In this document: piece by piece, positions 27,151-39,789 of the stretch
How the letters are laid out: the number at the start of each line of letters is the position of its first letter
Numbering within the stretch: position 1 is the first letter of the stretch
Assembly: GCA_964016885.1 (NCBI GenBank)
Contig: OZ024740.1
Span: 155,434,001 to 155,498,000 of the forward strand
DNA length: 64,000 nucleotides
Direction: 5' to 3'
DNA from: Eledone cirrhosa
Taxonomy: Eukaryota
The notes under the pieces: model-generated
What the model was told of the DNA's origin: nothing
The model's input: only the letters and a program-made list of their open reading frames with translations
Databases searched by the model: none
Program-made: the position numbers and the translations under genes

Positions 27151-27495
27151 CATAGGCCGCTGACTTATGATTGGTCCTAATAATAATGGTGGAGAGTGGG
27201 GGCGGATGGGAGGGGTATGGGGCATTTTACGAGAGGGTTTAAATAAAATCTTCGAATTTTGAGCATAATTGGACAAGCATATAACAGTAATAAGCGAATA
27301 ATGGGATTTTAAAATACAAGAAAATTATTTAGAACAACCAGACAGAATTATAGAATAGCATTGAGAGAGAGCAAAAGATTGGATTCTGGGCGATGAAACG
27401 ATATGGATATATGAATGAATGAACCGAGAGGCTGGAGAGACAAGAAAAAAATGGCATTTTACATTACATTTCGCGGGGGGGGGGGGGGGGGGCGC

Positions 27496-27530
<35 letters not shown>

Positions 27531-27682
27531 CATATATATATATGCATACACACACGCACACACACACATCATCATAAACTCTGTTTTATGTCGGTTTTCC
27601 ATGCTGGCATATCGCAATTACATCATGGATCATTTATTCCTTTATAGTTCACTCTTCTTATATGAAGTGTCAAACAGTTTCA

Positions 27683-27768
27683 TTGCACCTCTGTGACCAA
27701 ATCATTGACACAATTCCACAGCAGATGTATAGTAGAATTGTGTCAGTGATCAGGTCACAGAGGTGCAA
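27683..27768. repeat. Near-perfect inverted repeat (34-bp arms, 18-nt loop)
   Basis: TTGCACCTCTGTGACC-AA-ATCATTGACACAATTC / GAATTGTGTCAGTGAT-CA-GGTCACAGAGGTGCAA. Confidence 0.85.
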
Positions 27769-27873
27769 GAAAACCTCTTGTGTGTTCTAAAATATGTTTC
27801 ACATTAAGTATGTCACTTACCAATTGAATACAATAATAATATCACACATATCCACACACATACAAATGCAGAC

Positions 27874-27915
<42 letters not shown>

Positions 27916-28679
27916 TTATGTGTGCATGTGTGAGAATGTGTTGTGGGGTGCAGATGTGTATTGCCATTTTTATGGTTATTGCATTTTTGTAGCATTTGGA
28001 TATTTGCATATTGTTTTCACTGCTGAATGACTTTTGCATGGCTAATGAGTAAAACCCAAGAAATACAGGTAAAACTAGCTCTGAGACAAACTGAGTGAAG
28101 TCTGTCAGGTTATTTGAGCCTTTTTGTCTATGATTGTCTCTTGTTAAAATACAAGGGGTATAGTAAGCTTTGAAAATGGAATGAAATTTACAGTTCACAC
28201 TAATGTACTTTTAGCTTGCCTCCCATGAGGTTGCATCTCATAGGATGTTTCTCATGTGCTTTAAGGAAAAGCAAAGTGAAATTAAGTGTTTTGCTCTAGA
28301 ATACAATACTGGTCTCGAAATGAAACACCCGACCTTATGATCACAAGTCCAGCATCCTAACCACTAGGGCACTTTAACTACAAACTGTTCAGTTTGTAGT
28401 TCAACATCTTCACCTAGCTATTATTTTTCAGATCTCTCTTTTCCCTTACTGTGTGTGCATGTCTGTGTGAGTCCACATAAGCACCTGCATCACTTTAATC
28501 TAAAGAGCCAGACATCTCACACACCATGTAAAGCTGTACTATTAAGGGTACAAGTGTCTGTGGAATATGCAACCACTTACACAATTAAACAAGAAGTATG
28601 TAATTCTGTTGATGAAACAACCAGAATAGTCATCGTTAGCCTAACTAATGCAATGTCTTTTTACACACACAAATACTCT

Positions 28680-29120
28680 TTATGGTCCAATGTGACTATG
28701 AAATTGAACATTGCAAACCAGATATTGTGGTGATCAATAAAATTAACAAATAATGTTTGATTCTGGATGCAGCTTGTCCCACTGACAATAAAGTTTGTGA
28801 CAAAGAATTGAAGAAGGTTGAGAGATATGAATCACTAGCAAGGGAGGAGCAATGAAAAAGGTTGTGGTGATCCAAGTTATAGTTGGGGCATTTGGCATAG
28901 TGAGCACCAGAATTAGATGTTATTTTAAAATATTGGGGCCAACATCAGGGTGTAGCCCTTACATAAAACAACACTCGTTGGAACTGCTAAAATACTCAGA
29001 AAAGTACTTGACAATTGAAGGTACCACCACAGTCCACTGGTTATGGACAGCTGGCACCAGAATTACATCACCAGCAACGAATGCTGTGCAACAAGCCAAT
29101 GAGAATAATAATAATAATTG
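28680..29120 (+). mobile_element. 3' fragment of an RLE-endonuclease LINE (R4/Dong-like)
   Basis: KPDIVVI...LILDAACPTDNKVCDKELKKVERYESL...VIVGAFG...GTAKILRKVL remnants, (AAT)n tail. Confidence 0.7.
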
Positions 29121-29736
29121 TTTCTACGTTTGGCACAAGGCCAGCAATTATCCAGTACATTACTGGTACTTTATTTTATCGACCCCGTAAGGATGAAAGG
29201 CAAACTTAACCTCGGCGCGATTTGAATTCAGAATGGCAAGGGCCGTAACTCTATGCATCAAAGCATGGTGTCCGGCCCTCTATCGATACTGCCAGTCCAC
29301 CGCCCCTTGAGAATAATAATAATAATGGTTTATGATTTAGGCACAAGGCCATCAATTTTGGGAGGAGGGAGTTGATTAAATCGACCCCAGTGCGTGACTG
29401 GTACTGTGATTTATTGAACTCGTAAGGATGAAAGGCAAAGCTAACCTCGGCAGGATCTGAACTCAGAATGTAAAAGGCCATAACTCTATGCTGTAAAGCA
29501 TGGTGTCTGACGCTCTACCAATAAAGCAATAATAGTAATAATAATAATTGTTTCTACTTTTGGCACAAGGCCAGCAATTACCCAGTGCATTACTGGTACT
29601 TTATTTTATCGACCCCCGTAAGGATGAAAGGCAAAGTTAACCTCGGCGGGATTTGAACTCAGAATGGGTAGGGCTGTAACTCTATGCTGGAAAGCATGGC
29701 GTCTGACACTCTACCAATACTGCCAACCCACCGCCT
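29105..29736 (-). mobile_element. Three tandem SINE family A copies
   Basis: Cores at ~29105-29308, 29312-29520, 29540-29736, each with an (AAT)n tail. Confidence 0.9.
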
Positions 29737-29989
29737 TAGTAATAATAATAATGATGATGATTTCTTTATTGGCCACAAGATATTGGGGGCAATACAAGTA
29801 CGAAAAACAAAGAATGGAGTTTACATCAAGTAAAGTGAAGGTAAAATTAACAGAAACGATATAACACTAACAACACCTACAACGATAATATATAAAAAAA
29901 AATAAAGTAACATTTTAAACGAGACCATAACAGTATATACACATACATCATCACCATCATCATCGTTTAACATTTATCTTCCACGCTAA

Positions 29990-30192
<203 letters not shown>

Positions 30193-30388
30193 TAGATAAA
30201 TCTACCAAGAGTTTACGGTAGTGTCCAATCCGTATGAAGAACTCAATGTAATCAGGATATCATGGAAAAAAGAGATGCATTCAAAAATCACTTTCGGTGA
30301 AAGATAAACGGAATACAGAGTCAAGATAAAGTATTAAAAAAATAATGAATAAAACAATGAAACAGTTCCTTATATTAAACAAAAAAAG

Positions 30389-30533
30389 TTCATTATTTAA
30401 CGATCGTTTCTAGGACATATATGTGTTAGAATTGGCATGCATATTCAACAGATCTATGTACAAAATTATACAAAATTATACAAATCTAATATACATACCA
30501 ACACATACATATGCCGTCTTCAGAAATAATGAA
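30389..30533 (-). ncRNA. Type I hammerhead ribozyme motif, long stem II, GUU triplet
   Basis: Reverse complement of 33846-33990. Confidence 0.75.
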
Positions 30534-31084
30534 ATATATTTATTGATAATAACAACAATTCAAAATTACAGGTCTGTTTGGGAACAGAGTTCAAATTGAC
30601 CAATGAAATACACAAAAATATATCGAGAAAATACAGTTAGGTGTGTGTATATATGTAAGTAACTTTTTTCACAGATATGCATAAGAATATATGCTCACAT
30701 GCATACGCATGTCGAAAAAATGTATGCAAATACAAAAATTCAGGGCTAATGTCTCTGTATGTTTATAATCTACAAATAAAATACACATACGTATATAAAC
30801 ATATATACACACTCATATATACACACACATATACATACATTCACGCACACACGCGCATATACACATAAACATACACATACCCACGAACATACACACACTC
30901 ACATATGTATATATTATTATTATAACTACATGGATATTAAGGCGCACACACAAAAACACTGCCACTTACATTCTTACATCTATATGCAGAAGATGGTGAA
31001 GGGGTTCAGTAATTACTAAGGGTGTCATAACTGCCTATTTATAGAATGTATCTATAAATTTAGAAATAAAAAGAAATATATATA

Positions 31085-31625
31085 AAAAAAAAAAAATAAA
31101 TAAATAAATAAACAAATAAAATATATACTCATACATAAAATACACACCGATATACATATATATATATATATATATACATACATATATATATATACACATA
31201 TATATACATACACACACACATACATACATATATACACGCACATATACATACACATATACTTAGAGACACATACACATACATATATAAATACATAGACACA
31301 CATGCATACACACACATATATATATATATATACATATATTCTCAACACACGCATATATATACACATATATGTACACACATATATACACACATACATACAC
31401 ATATATATACACATACACGCACATATATATATACACACACTCACACATATATATACACATATATATACACACACACGTATCCATGTATGTATGTACACAT
31501 ACAACCACACATTCACACAACTCAGACATACATAAATAAAGAGATATACATACACACATATACATATATATATATATATATATATAGATATATACATACA
31601 CATAAATATATATACACACATACAT

Positions 31626-31705
<80 letters not shown>

Positions 31706-31767
31706 CTATATATATATATATAAAGAAAAAAAAAAAAAATAAATACACACAGTCAGACAATTATGCA

Positions 31768-31798
<31 letters not shown>

Positions 31799-31931
31799 AC
31801 ACACATCTCTACAAATATATATACACATACACCCGCACACATACATATATACATACACACATATATATACATAGACATATACATACACACACATATACAT
31901 ACACATATATATACATACACATATATACATA

Positions 31932-31971
<40 letters not shown>

Positions 31972-32070
31972 GACATACACACTTATTTACATGCGCGCAT
32001 ATGTATTTTTATACTCACATACAAACACTCAAACATACATACCTACCTACATACACATACATACATCAAC
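31085..32070. repeat. Compound (TA)n/(CA)n/(TACA)n microsatellite
   Basis: Direct reading. Confidence 0.9.
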
Positions 32071-32229
32071 GCTTACAAATACAAATAATTATAGGGGGGG
32101 GGAGGGGATTAAAATTATTAGTGGGAAATAGTAAATAAGAATATTAATCTGCATTTAGATCATAATATGTGTTTACATAGTAGTTTTAGTATTAGGAAAT
32201 GTAAGAAAGAAGGCAAAATTATGCATTTT

Positions 32230-32600
32230 AATATAAGTATACTATTAATTATAGGTTAACTAAATTAAAAATAGCTAATATATTGATTTCTAAGGTGTAT
32301 ACTACTTAGGTTTATAATATTTGAAGCGGAATTTTGAAGTTAAACAGTAGTAGAGTATTAATTATAGCATAACTAAATTAAAAATATTAACATTATGGTA
32401 TCAATATTAGGAAATGAATTTAGTAATAGGGAAAACCAAATCAAGTATTTCATCGGTAGTAGAATATAAATTATAGGTTAACTAAATTAAAAATTATATA
32501 TTAAATTCTATAGTATATGTTAATTAGGTTTATAATAATTAAAGCAGATTTTGTATTTTATCTATAGTGGAATATAATTATAGGTTAACAAAAATTAAAA

Positions 32601-32642
<42 letters not shown>

Positions 32643-33160
32643 ATTGTAAAGAATATATTAATTAGGTATATATTTAAAATTTATCTCAGTTTATGATTAC
32701 ATGATATTCTGCAATCAATCTGTATTAGAATTTTAATTTTAAGCTAATTAAATTAAAATTATAGGTTAACTAAATTAAAATTAATTTATAAATAAATTTC
32801 AAAATTGTACATTAATTAGGTTTATAATATTAAAAAATATCTCTCTGTTATTGATTACACGATATTTTGTTATATTTCATCTGTAAAGGAATTTTAATAA
32901 AAGGTTAAATAAACTAAAATTAATCTATAAATTAATTTACAAAGTATATATTAATTATGTTAATAATATTTAAAAGTTTTTCACAATTTATGATTACACA
33001 ATATTTTTTAATCTCATCTGTAGTAGAATTTAATTAAATTAAATTTATAGGTTAACTACATTTAAATTAAATTATATATTAATTTCTAAAATATATATTA
33101 TTAATTAGGTTTATAATATTTAAATGTTTTTCTCAGTTTATGATTACACGATATAATTAA
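32230..33160 (+). repeat. Diverged AT-rich tandem repeat, ~7 units of roughly 110-180 bp
   Basis: ATAGGTTAACTAAATTAAAA and TTAGGTTTATAATATT recur at ~32251, 32473, 32581, 32761, 32901, 33047. Confidence 0.75.
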
Positions 33161-33449
33161 TTCCTGTCGCTTATTTAATAGGATATCCTTAGATTTCATT
33201 ATTTCAAATAGTTCTTGGGAACATAATCTACATTCATTTCTATTATTTTGATAAGGGGTGGCTCTTTATTCATATATTTCTTTTTATTTCTAAATCTATA
33301 GATACATTCTATAAATAGGCAGTTATGACACCCTTAGTACTTACTGAACCCCTTCACCATCTTCTGCATATAGATGTAAGAATGTAAGTGGCAGTGTTTT
33401 TGTGTGTGTGCCTTAATATCCATGTAGTTATAATAATAATATATACAAA

Positions 33450-33492
<43 letters not shown>

Positions 33493-33845
33493 TCGTGGGT
33501 ATGTGTATGTTTATGTGTATATGCGCGTGTGTGCGTGAATGTATGTATATGTGTGTGTATATATGAGTGTGTATATATGTTTATATACGTATGTGTATTT
33601 TATCTGTAGATTATAAACATACAGAGACATTAGCCCTGAATTTTTGCATTTGCATACATTTTTTCGACATGCGTATGCATGTGAGCATATATTCTTATGC
33701 ATATCTGTGAACGAAGTTACTTACATATATACACACACCTAACTGTATTTTCTCGATATATTTTTGTGTATTTCATTGGTCAATTTGAACTCTGTTCCCA
33801 AACAGACCTGTAATTTTGAATTGTTGTTATTATCAATAAATATAT

Positions 33846-33990
33846 TTCATTATTTCTGAAGACGGCATATGTATGTGTTGGTATGTATATTAGATTTGTA
33901 TAATTTTGTATAATTTTGTACATAGATCTGTTGAATATGCATGCCAATTCTAACACATATATGTCCTAGAAACGATCGTTAAATAATGAA
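33846..33990 (+). ncRNA. Type I hammerhead ribozyme motif, long stem II, GUU triplet
   Basis: TTCATTATTT-CTGAAGA-CGGCATATGTATGTGTTGG...CTAACACATATATGTCCTA-GAAA-CGATCG-TT-AAATAATGAA; perfect 10-bp stem I, palindromic ACGATCGT. Confidence 0.8.
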
Positions 33991-34046
33991 CTTTTTTTGT
34001 TTAATATAAGGAACTGTTTCATTGTTTTATTCATAATTTTTTTACT

Positions 34047-34131
<85 letters not shown>

Positions 34132-34138
34132 ATATATG

Positions 34139-34215
<77 letters not shown>

Positions 34216-34236
34216 GTATATATATGTATGTATATA

Positions 34237-34285
<49 letters not shown>

Positions 34286-34317
34286 GTATATATATATGTA
34301 TGTATATATATATATAT

Positions 34318-35773
34318 CATCATCATCATCATCATCAACGTTTAACGTCCGTGTTCCACGCTTGCATGGGTTTGGACGGGGGTAGTCCCACTTGAGGCAA
34401 GAGTGATTGTCTTGCTCGCATAGGACTGTCTGGCAGGTTTTCAACAGTTGGATGCCCTTCCTAACACCAACCACATTTACAGTGTGGGTCTGGGAGGTTT
34501 TTACCGTGTTGCCTACACGGCCACATTACAGCGTGGACTGTGTGTTTTTTTGTCGTGACACCTACACGATCTCATATATTTCGGCCTGGATGGTGTGGCA
34601 CCAACATAACTTTACATAGAACGGGGTGGTGTGGATGGGGTGGGGGTTGGGGTGGGGGTGGGACGGGGGATGGGGGGTATTTTGTTAGAGATGCCTACTG
34701 GCTGTAGTAGGTTTTACTATGTATTTAGGTAAGGCAGGTCTTCTCTGTTACTGAGTACCGCCAAAGGTCTCGGTCCAGTGACATTGTCTTGGAGAGGTGT
34801 AAGTGTGTGAGGTCGGAGTTTATCAGCTCGTCCCAGGTTTTTCTAGGTCTGCCTATTCCGTGGCTACCGTCTATCTTTATTGCCCTGCACTTTGTTATAC
34901 AGCTATCAACTTTCATGCGCATCACGTGTCCATACCAACGTAGACTTCTCTCGAGTAAACAACATCCGATCCCTCTTATTTCTAATTTTTTCCTTAGTTC
35001 GTTTATGCTTTGCCGTTCACGTATATTACTGTTACACATCCAGCGGAGCATGCAAGTTTCGTTCCTCTCTAGTCTGCGTATATCCTCTGCACACAATGCC
35101 CAGGTCTCACTGCCATGCAACATTGCTGTTCGTATGCAGGCATCGTACAACCTGCCTTTCATTTTTAGGGAGAACCCTTTAGCAGCTAATAGTGGTATAA
35201 GCTCTCTGAACTTTTTCCAACCAGTTCTGACTCTAGCTACTGTACTTTCAGAGCACCCTCCCCCACTGCTGATTTTATCACCCAGGTAACGGAAACTGTC
35301 CACTATTTCTATAGAACCCTCTGCGCAATTGAAAGAGCTAGTATTTTGTGAACACTTGCTGCTACTTATTGCACCAGAGCACCGGCCACATGTAAAATCT
35401 ATGTTCTTAGTTAGCTTACCTGTGATCCCACTACATCTTTTATGCACCCATACTTTGCATTTAGGACATAAAATGGAGTTTCTACCTACGCCTTTCCTAC
35501 ACACCGAGCACGACCATTTCCCAGAAGGGACCGCCACCTTATTTTCTTTCCTACAAACTAGAACTTTAGTCTTAGCCAGGTTAATTTTAAGGCCTTTTGA
35601 TTCTAGGCCGTGCTTCCATGTTTGGAATTTCTTCTCTAGCTCGGCCATTGATTCCGCTATGAGTGTCAGGTCGTCTGCGTATAGGAGTTCCCATGGGCAG
35701 CCTGTCTTGAACTCCTCTGTTATAGCCTGAAGGGCAATAATAAATAGTAGGGGGCTGAGAACAGAGCCCTGAT
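34318..35773 (-). mobile_element. 5'-truncated young RTE LINE in (TA)n
   Basis: ORF 34725-35648, (CAT)n tail at 34318. Confidence 0.95.
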
Positions 35774-35782
35774 ATATATATG

Positions 35783-35875
<93 letters not shown>

Positions 35876-36490
35876 TTCATTCCTTACCCTGTATCACTAT
35901 TATCTGTATATTTTATATTTTATATGTATGTTTTTTATATTTTTTTATATTTTCTTATATATATTATAAGTCTATTTTTTACCTATTTTTCACCTATTTT
36001 TTACCTACTCTTACCTAATCCTATCTATCTTATCTACTCTTGTCTGTTCTCTTATCCATGTGTATGCTTGTATGTAACTATATGTTGACAGCACCCCGCC
36101 CAACTGTGACTGATAGCACCCCTCATTTTTCAATTATTTTTTATTTTTCATTGTTTATTTTATTATTTTTATTTTTATTTTTATTTTTATTTTTATTTTT
36201 ATTTTTATTTTTGCTTTTACTTCCTTAATATCCTTTATCTTTTATTATTTTTCATTCTTCAATGTCTTGGATTTGTTATAGCTTGGGTGGTATGTAATTG
36301 ACCTTTATGCTCTGATGAGTCCCACTTATAGTGCGGATGAAACAATGTTAGCAAGTAAAGATATGCATATGCTATAGGCGTTCTTTGTTATTTATTATAT
36401 CACGGCTCTGTCCTCAGACATCGAGCTAACCTTATACTGCCTGCTGGATAAGTGGAGTGTTATACACCCCTGATCCTCTCCCTAGTATAC
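35876..36490 (+). mobile_element. HHR-bearing non-coding cassette between (TA)n tracts
   Basis: (TA)n on both sides, (TTTTTA)n run, HHR at 36303. Confidence 0.6.
36303..36360 (+). ncRNA. Minimal type I hammerhead ribozyme motif, GUU triplet
   Basis: CTTTATGCT-CTGATGA-GTCCCACTTATAGTGCGGAT-GAAA-CAATG-TT-AGCAAGTAAAG; stem I TGCT/AGCA + CTTTA/TAAAG. Confidence 0.8.
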
Positions 36491-36510
36491 TATATATATA
36501 TATATGTATA

Positions 36511-36561
<51 letters not shown>

Positions 36562-36569
36562 GTATATAT

Positions 36570-37404
36570 CATCATCATCATCATCAACGTTTAACGTCCG
36601 TGTTCCACGCTTGCATGGGTTTGGACGGGGGTAGTCCCACTTGAGACAAGAGTGATTGTCTTGCTCGCATAGGACTGTCTGGCAGGTTTTCTACAGTTGG
36701 ATGCCCTTCCTAACACCAACCACATTTACAGTGTGGGTCTGGGAGGTTTTTACCGTGTTGCCTACACGGCCACATTACAGCGTGGACTGTGTGTTTTTTT
36801 GTCGTGACACCTACACGATCTCATTTGTTTCAGCCTGGATGGTGTGGCACCAACACAACTTTACATAGAACGGGGTGGTGTGGATGGGGTAGGGGTGGTG
36901 GGACGGTGGGGGTGGGGGGTTATTTTGTTAGAGATGCCTACTGGCTGTAGTAGGTTTTACTATGTATTTAGGTAAGGCGGGTCTTCTCTGTTACTGAGTA
37001 CCGCCAAAGGTCTCGGTCCAGTGACATTGTCTTGGAGAGGTGTAAGTGTGTGAGGTCAGAGTTTATCAGCTCGTCCCAGGTTTTTCTAGGTCTGCCTATT
37101 CCGTGGCTACCGTCTATCTTTATTGCCCTGCACTTTGTTATACAACTATCGACTTCCATGCGCATCACGTGTCCATACCAACGTAGCCTTCTCTCGAGTA
37201 AACAACATCTGATCCCTCTTATTTCTAATTTTTTCCTTAGTTCGTTTATGGTTTGCCGTTCACGTATATTACTGTTACACATCCAGCGGAGCATGCAAGC
37301 TTCGTTCCTCTCTAGTCTGCGTATATCCTCTGCACACAATGCCCAGGTCTCACTGCCATGCAACATTGCTGTTCGTATGCAGGCATCGTACAACCTGCCT
37401 TTCA

Positions 37405-37405
<1 letters not shown>
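36570..37405 (-). mobile_element. 5'-truncated young RTE LINE in (TA)n
   Basis: [12 protein letters not shown]...EKTRLT C-terminus, 3' UTR, (CAT)n tail. Confidence 0.95.
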
Positions 37406-37473
<68 letters not shown>

Positions 37474-37486
37474 GTATGTATATATG

Positions 37487-37551
<65 letters not shown>

Positions 37552-37592
37552 GTGTATATATATATGTATATATATATATGTATATATATAAG

Positions 37593-37723
<131 letters not shown>

Positions 37724-38130
37724 CATCATCATCAACGTTTAACGTCCGTGTTCCACGCTTGCATGGGTTTGGACGGGGGTTTTCCCACTTGAGGCAAGAG
37801 TGATTCTCTTGCTCGCATAGGACTGTCTGGCAGGTTTTCTACAGTTGGATGCCCTTCCTAACACCAACCACATTTACAGTGTGGGTCTGGGAGGTTTTTA
37901 CCGTGTTGCCTACACGGCCACATTACAGCGTGGACTGTGTGTTTTTTTGTCGTGACACCTACACGATCTCATTTGTTTCGGCCTGGATGGTGTGGCACCA
38001 ACATAACTTTACATAGAAGGGGTGGTGTGGATGGGGTGGGGGTGGTGGGACGGGGGTGTATTTTGTTAGAGATGCCTACTGACTGTAGTAGGTTTTACTA
38101 TGTATTTAGGTAAGGCGGGTTTTCTCTATT
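37724..38130 (-). mobile_element. RTE LINE 3' UTR-only insertion in (TA)n
   Basis: Near-identical to the 3' UTR of neighbouring copies. Confidence 0.9.
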
Positions 38131-38157
38131 ATATATATATATGTATATATCTATATC

Positions 38158-38198
<41 letters not shown>

Positions 38199-38253
38199 GC
38201 ATAGATATATATGTATATATATGTATATATATCATCATCATCATCATCATCAT

Positions 38254-39713
38254 CAACGAATATAGTGAAGAGTTTAGCGTAAAAGTTGGTGTTCATCAGG
38301 GCTCCGTTCTTAGCCCCCTACTATTTATTATTGCCCTTCAGGCTATAACAGAGGAGTTCAAGACCGGCTGCCCATGGGAACTCCTATACGCAGATGATCT
38401 AACGCTCATAGCTGAAACAATGGCCGAGCTAGAGAAGAAATTCCAAACATGGAAGCACGGCCTAGAATCAAAAGACCTTAAAATTAACCTGGCTAAGACT
38501 AAAGTTCTAGTTTGTAAGAAAGAAAATAAGGTGGCGGTCCCCTCCGGGAAGTGGCCATGCTCAGAGTGTAGGAAAGGCGTAGGTAGAAACTCCATTTTGT
38601 GTCCCAAATGCAAAGTTTGGGTGCATAAAAGATGTAGTGGGATCACAGGTAAGCTAACTAAGAACATAGATTTTACACGTGGCCGGTGTTCTGGGGCAAT
38701 AAGTAGCAGCAAGTGCCCACAAAATACTAGCTCTTTCAACTGCGCAGAGGGTTCTATAGAAATAGTGGACAGCTTCCGTTAACTGGGCGACAAAATCAGC
38801 AGTGGGGGAGGGTGCTCTGAAAGTACAGTAGCTAGAGTCAGAACTGGGTGGAAAAAGTTCAGAGAGCTCATACCATTACCCGCTAAAGGGTTATCCCTAA
38901 AAATGAAAGGTAGGTTGTACGATGCCTGCATACGAACAGCAATGTTGCATGGCAGTGAGACCTGGGCATTGTGTGCAGAGGATATACGCAGACTAGAGAG
39001 AAACGAAGCTTTCATGCTCCGCTGGATGTGTAATAGTAATATACGTGAACGGCAAAGCATAAACGAACTAAGGAAAAAATTAGAAATAAGAGGGATCAGA
39101 TGTTGTTTACTCGAGAGAAGGCTACGTTGGTATGGTCACGTGATGCGCATGAAGGACGATAGTTGTATAACAAAGTGCAGGGCAATAAAGATAGACGGTA
39201 GCCACGGAATAGGCAGACCCAGAAAAACCTGGGACGAGCTGATAAATTCCGACCTCACACACTTACACCTCACCAAGACGATGTCACTGGACCGAGACCT
39301 TTGGCGGTACTCAGTAATAGAGAAGACCCGCCTTACCTAAATACAAAGTAAAACCTACTACAGTCAGTAGGCATCTCTAACAAAATACACCCCCGTCCCA
39401 CCACCCCCACCCCATCCACACCGCCCATTTCAATGTAAAGTTATGTTGGTGCCACAACATCCAGGCCGAAATAAATGAGATCGTGTAGGTGTCACGTCAA
39501 AAAAACACACAGTTCACGCTGTAATGTGGCCGTGTAGGCAACACGGTAAAAACCTCCCAGCCCCACACTGTAAATGTGGTTGGTGTTAGGAAGGGCATCC
39601 AGCTGTAGAAAACCCGCCAGATACTCCTATGCGAGCAAGATAACTACTCTTGCCTCAAGTGGGAAAACCCATGCAAGCATGGAACACGGATGTTAAACGA
39701 TGATGATGATGAT

Positions 39714-39716
<3 letters not shown>
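38254..39716 (+). mobile_element. 5'-truncated young RTE LINE
   Basis: ORFs 38141-38782 and 38903-39340 (QGSVLSP, YADD), (GAT)n tail. Confidence 0.95.

Positions 39717-39789
<73 letters not shown>

Larger units (their letters stand above)
30193..34052. mobile_element. Non-autonomous Penelope-like element with inverted HHR-bearing arms (30326-31082 / 33272-34052)
   Basis: ~760-bp near-identical inverted arms, each with an HHR; embedded in (TA)n on both sides; no ORF. Confidence 0.65.
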
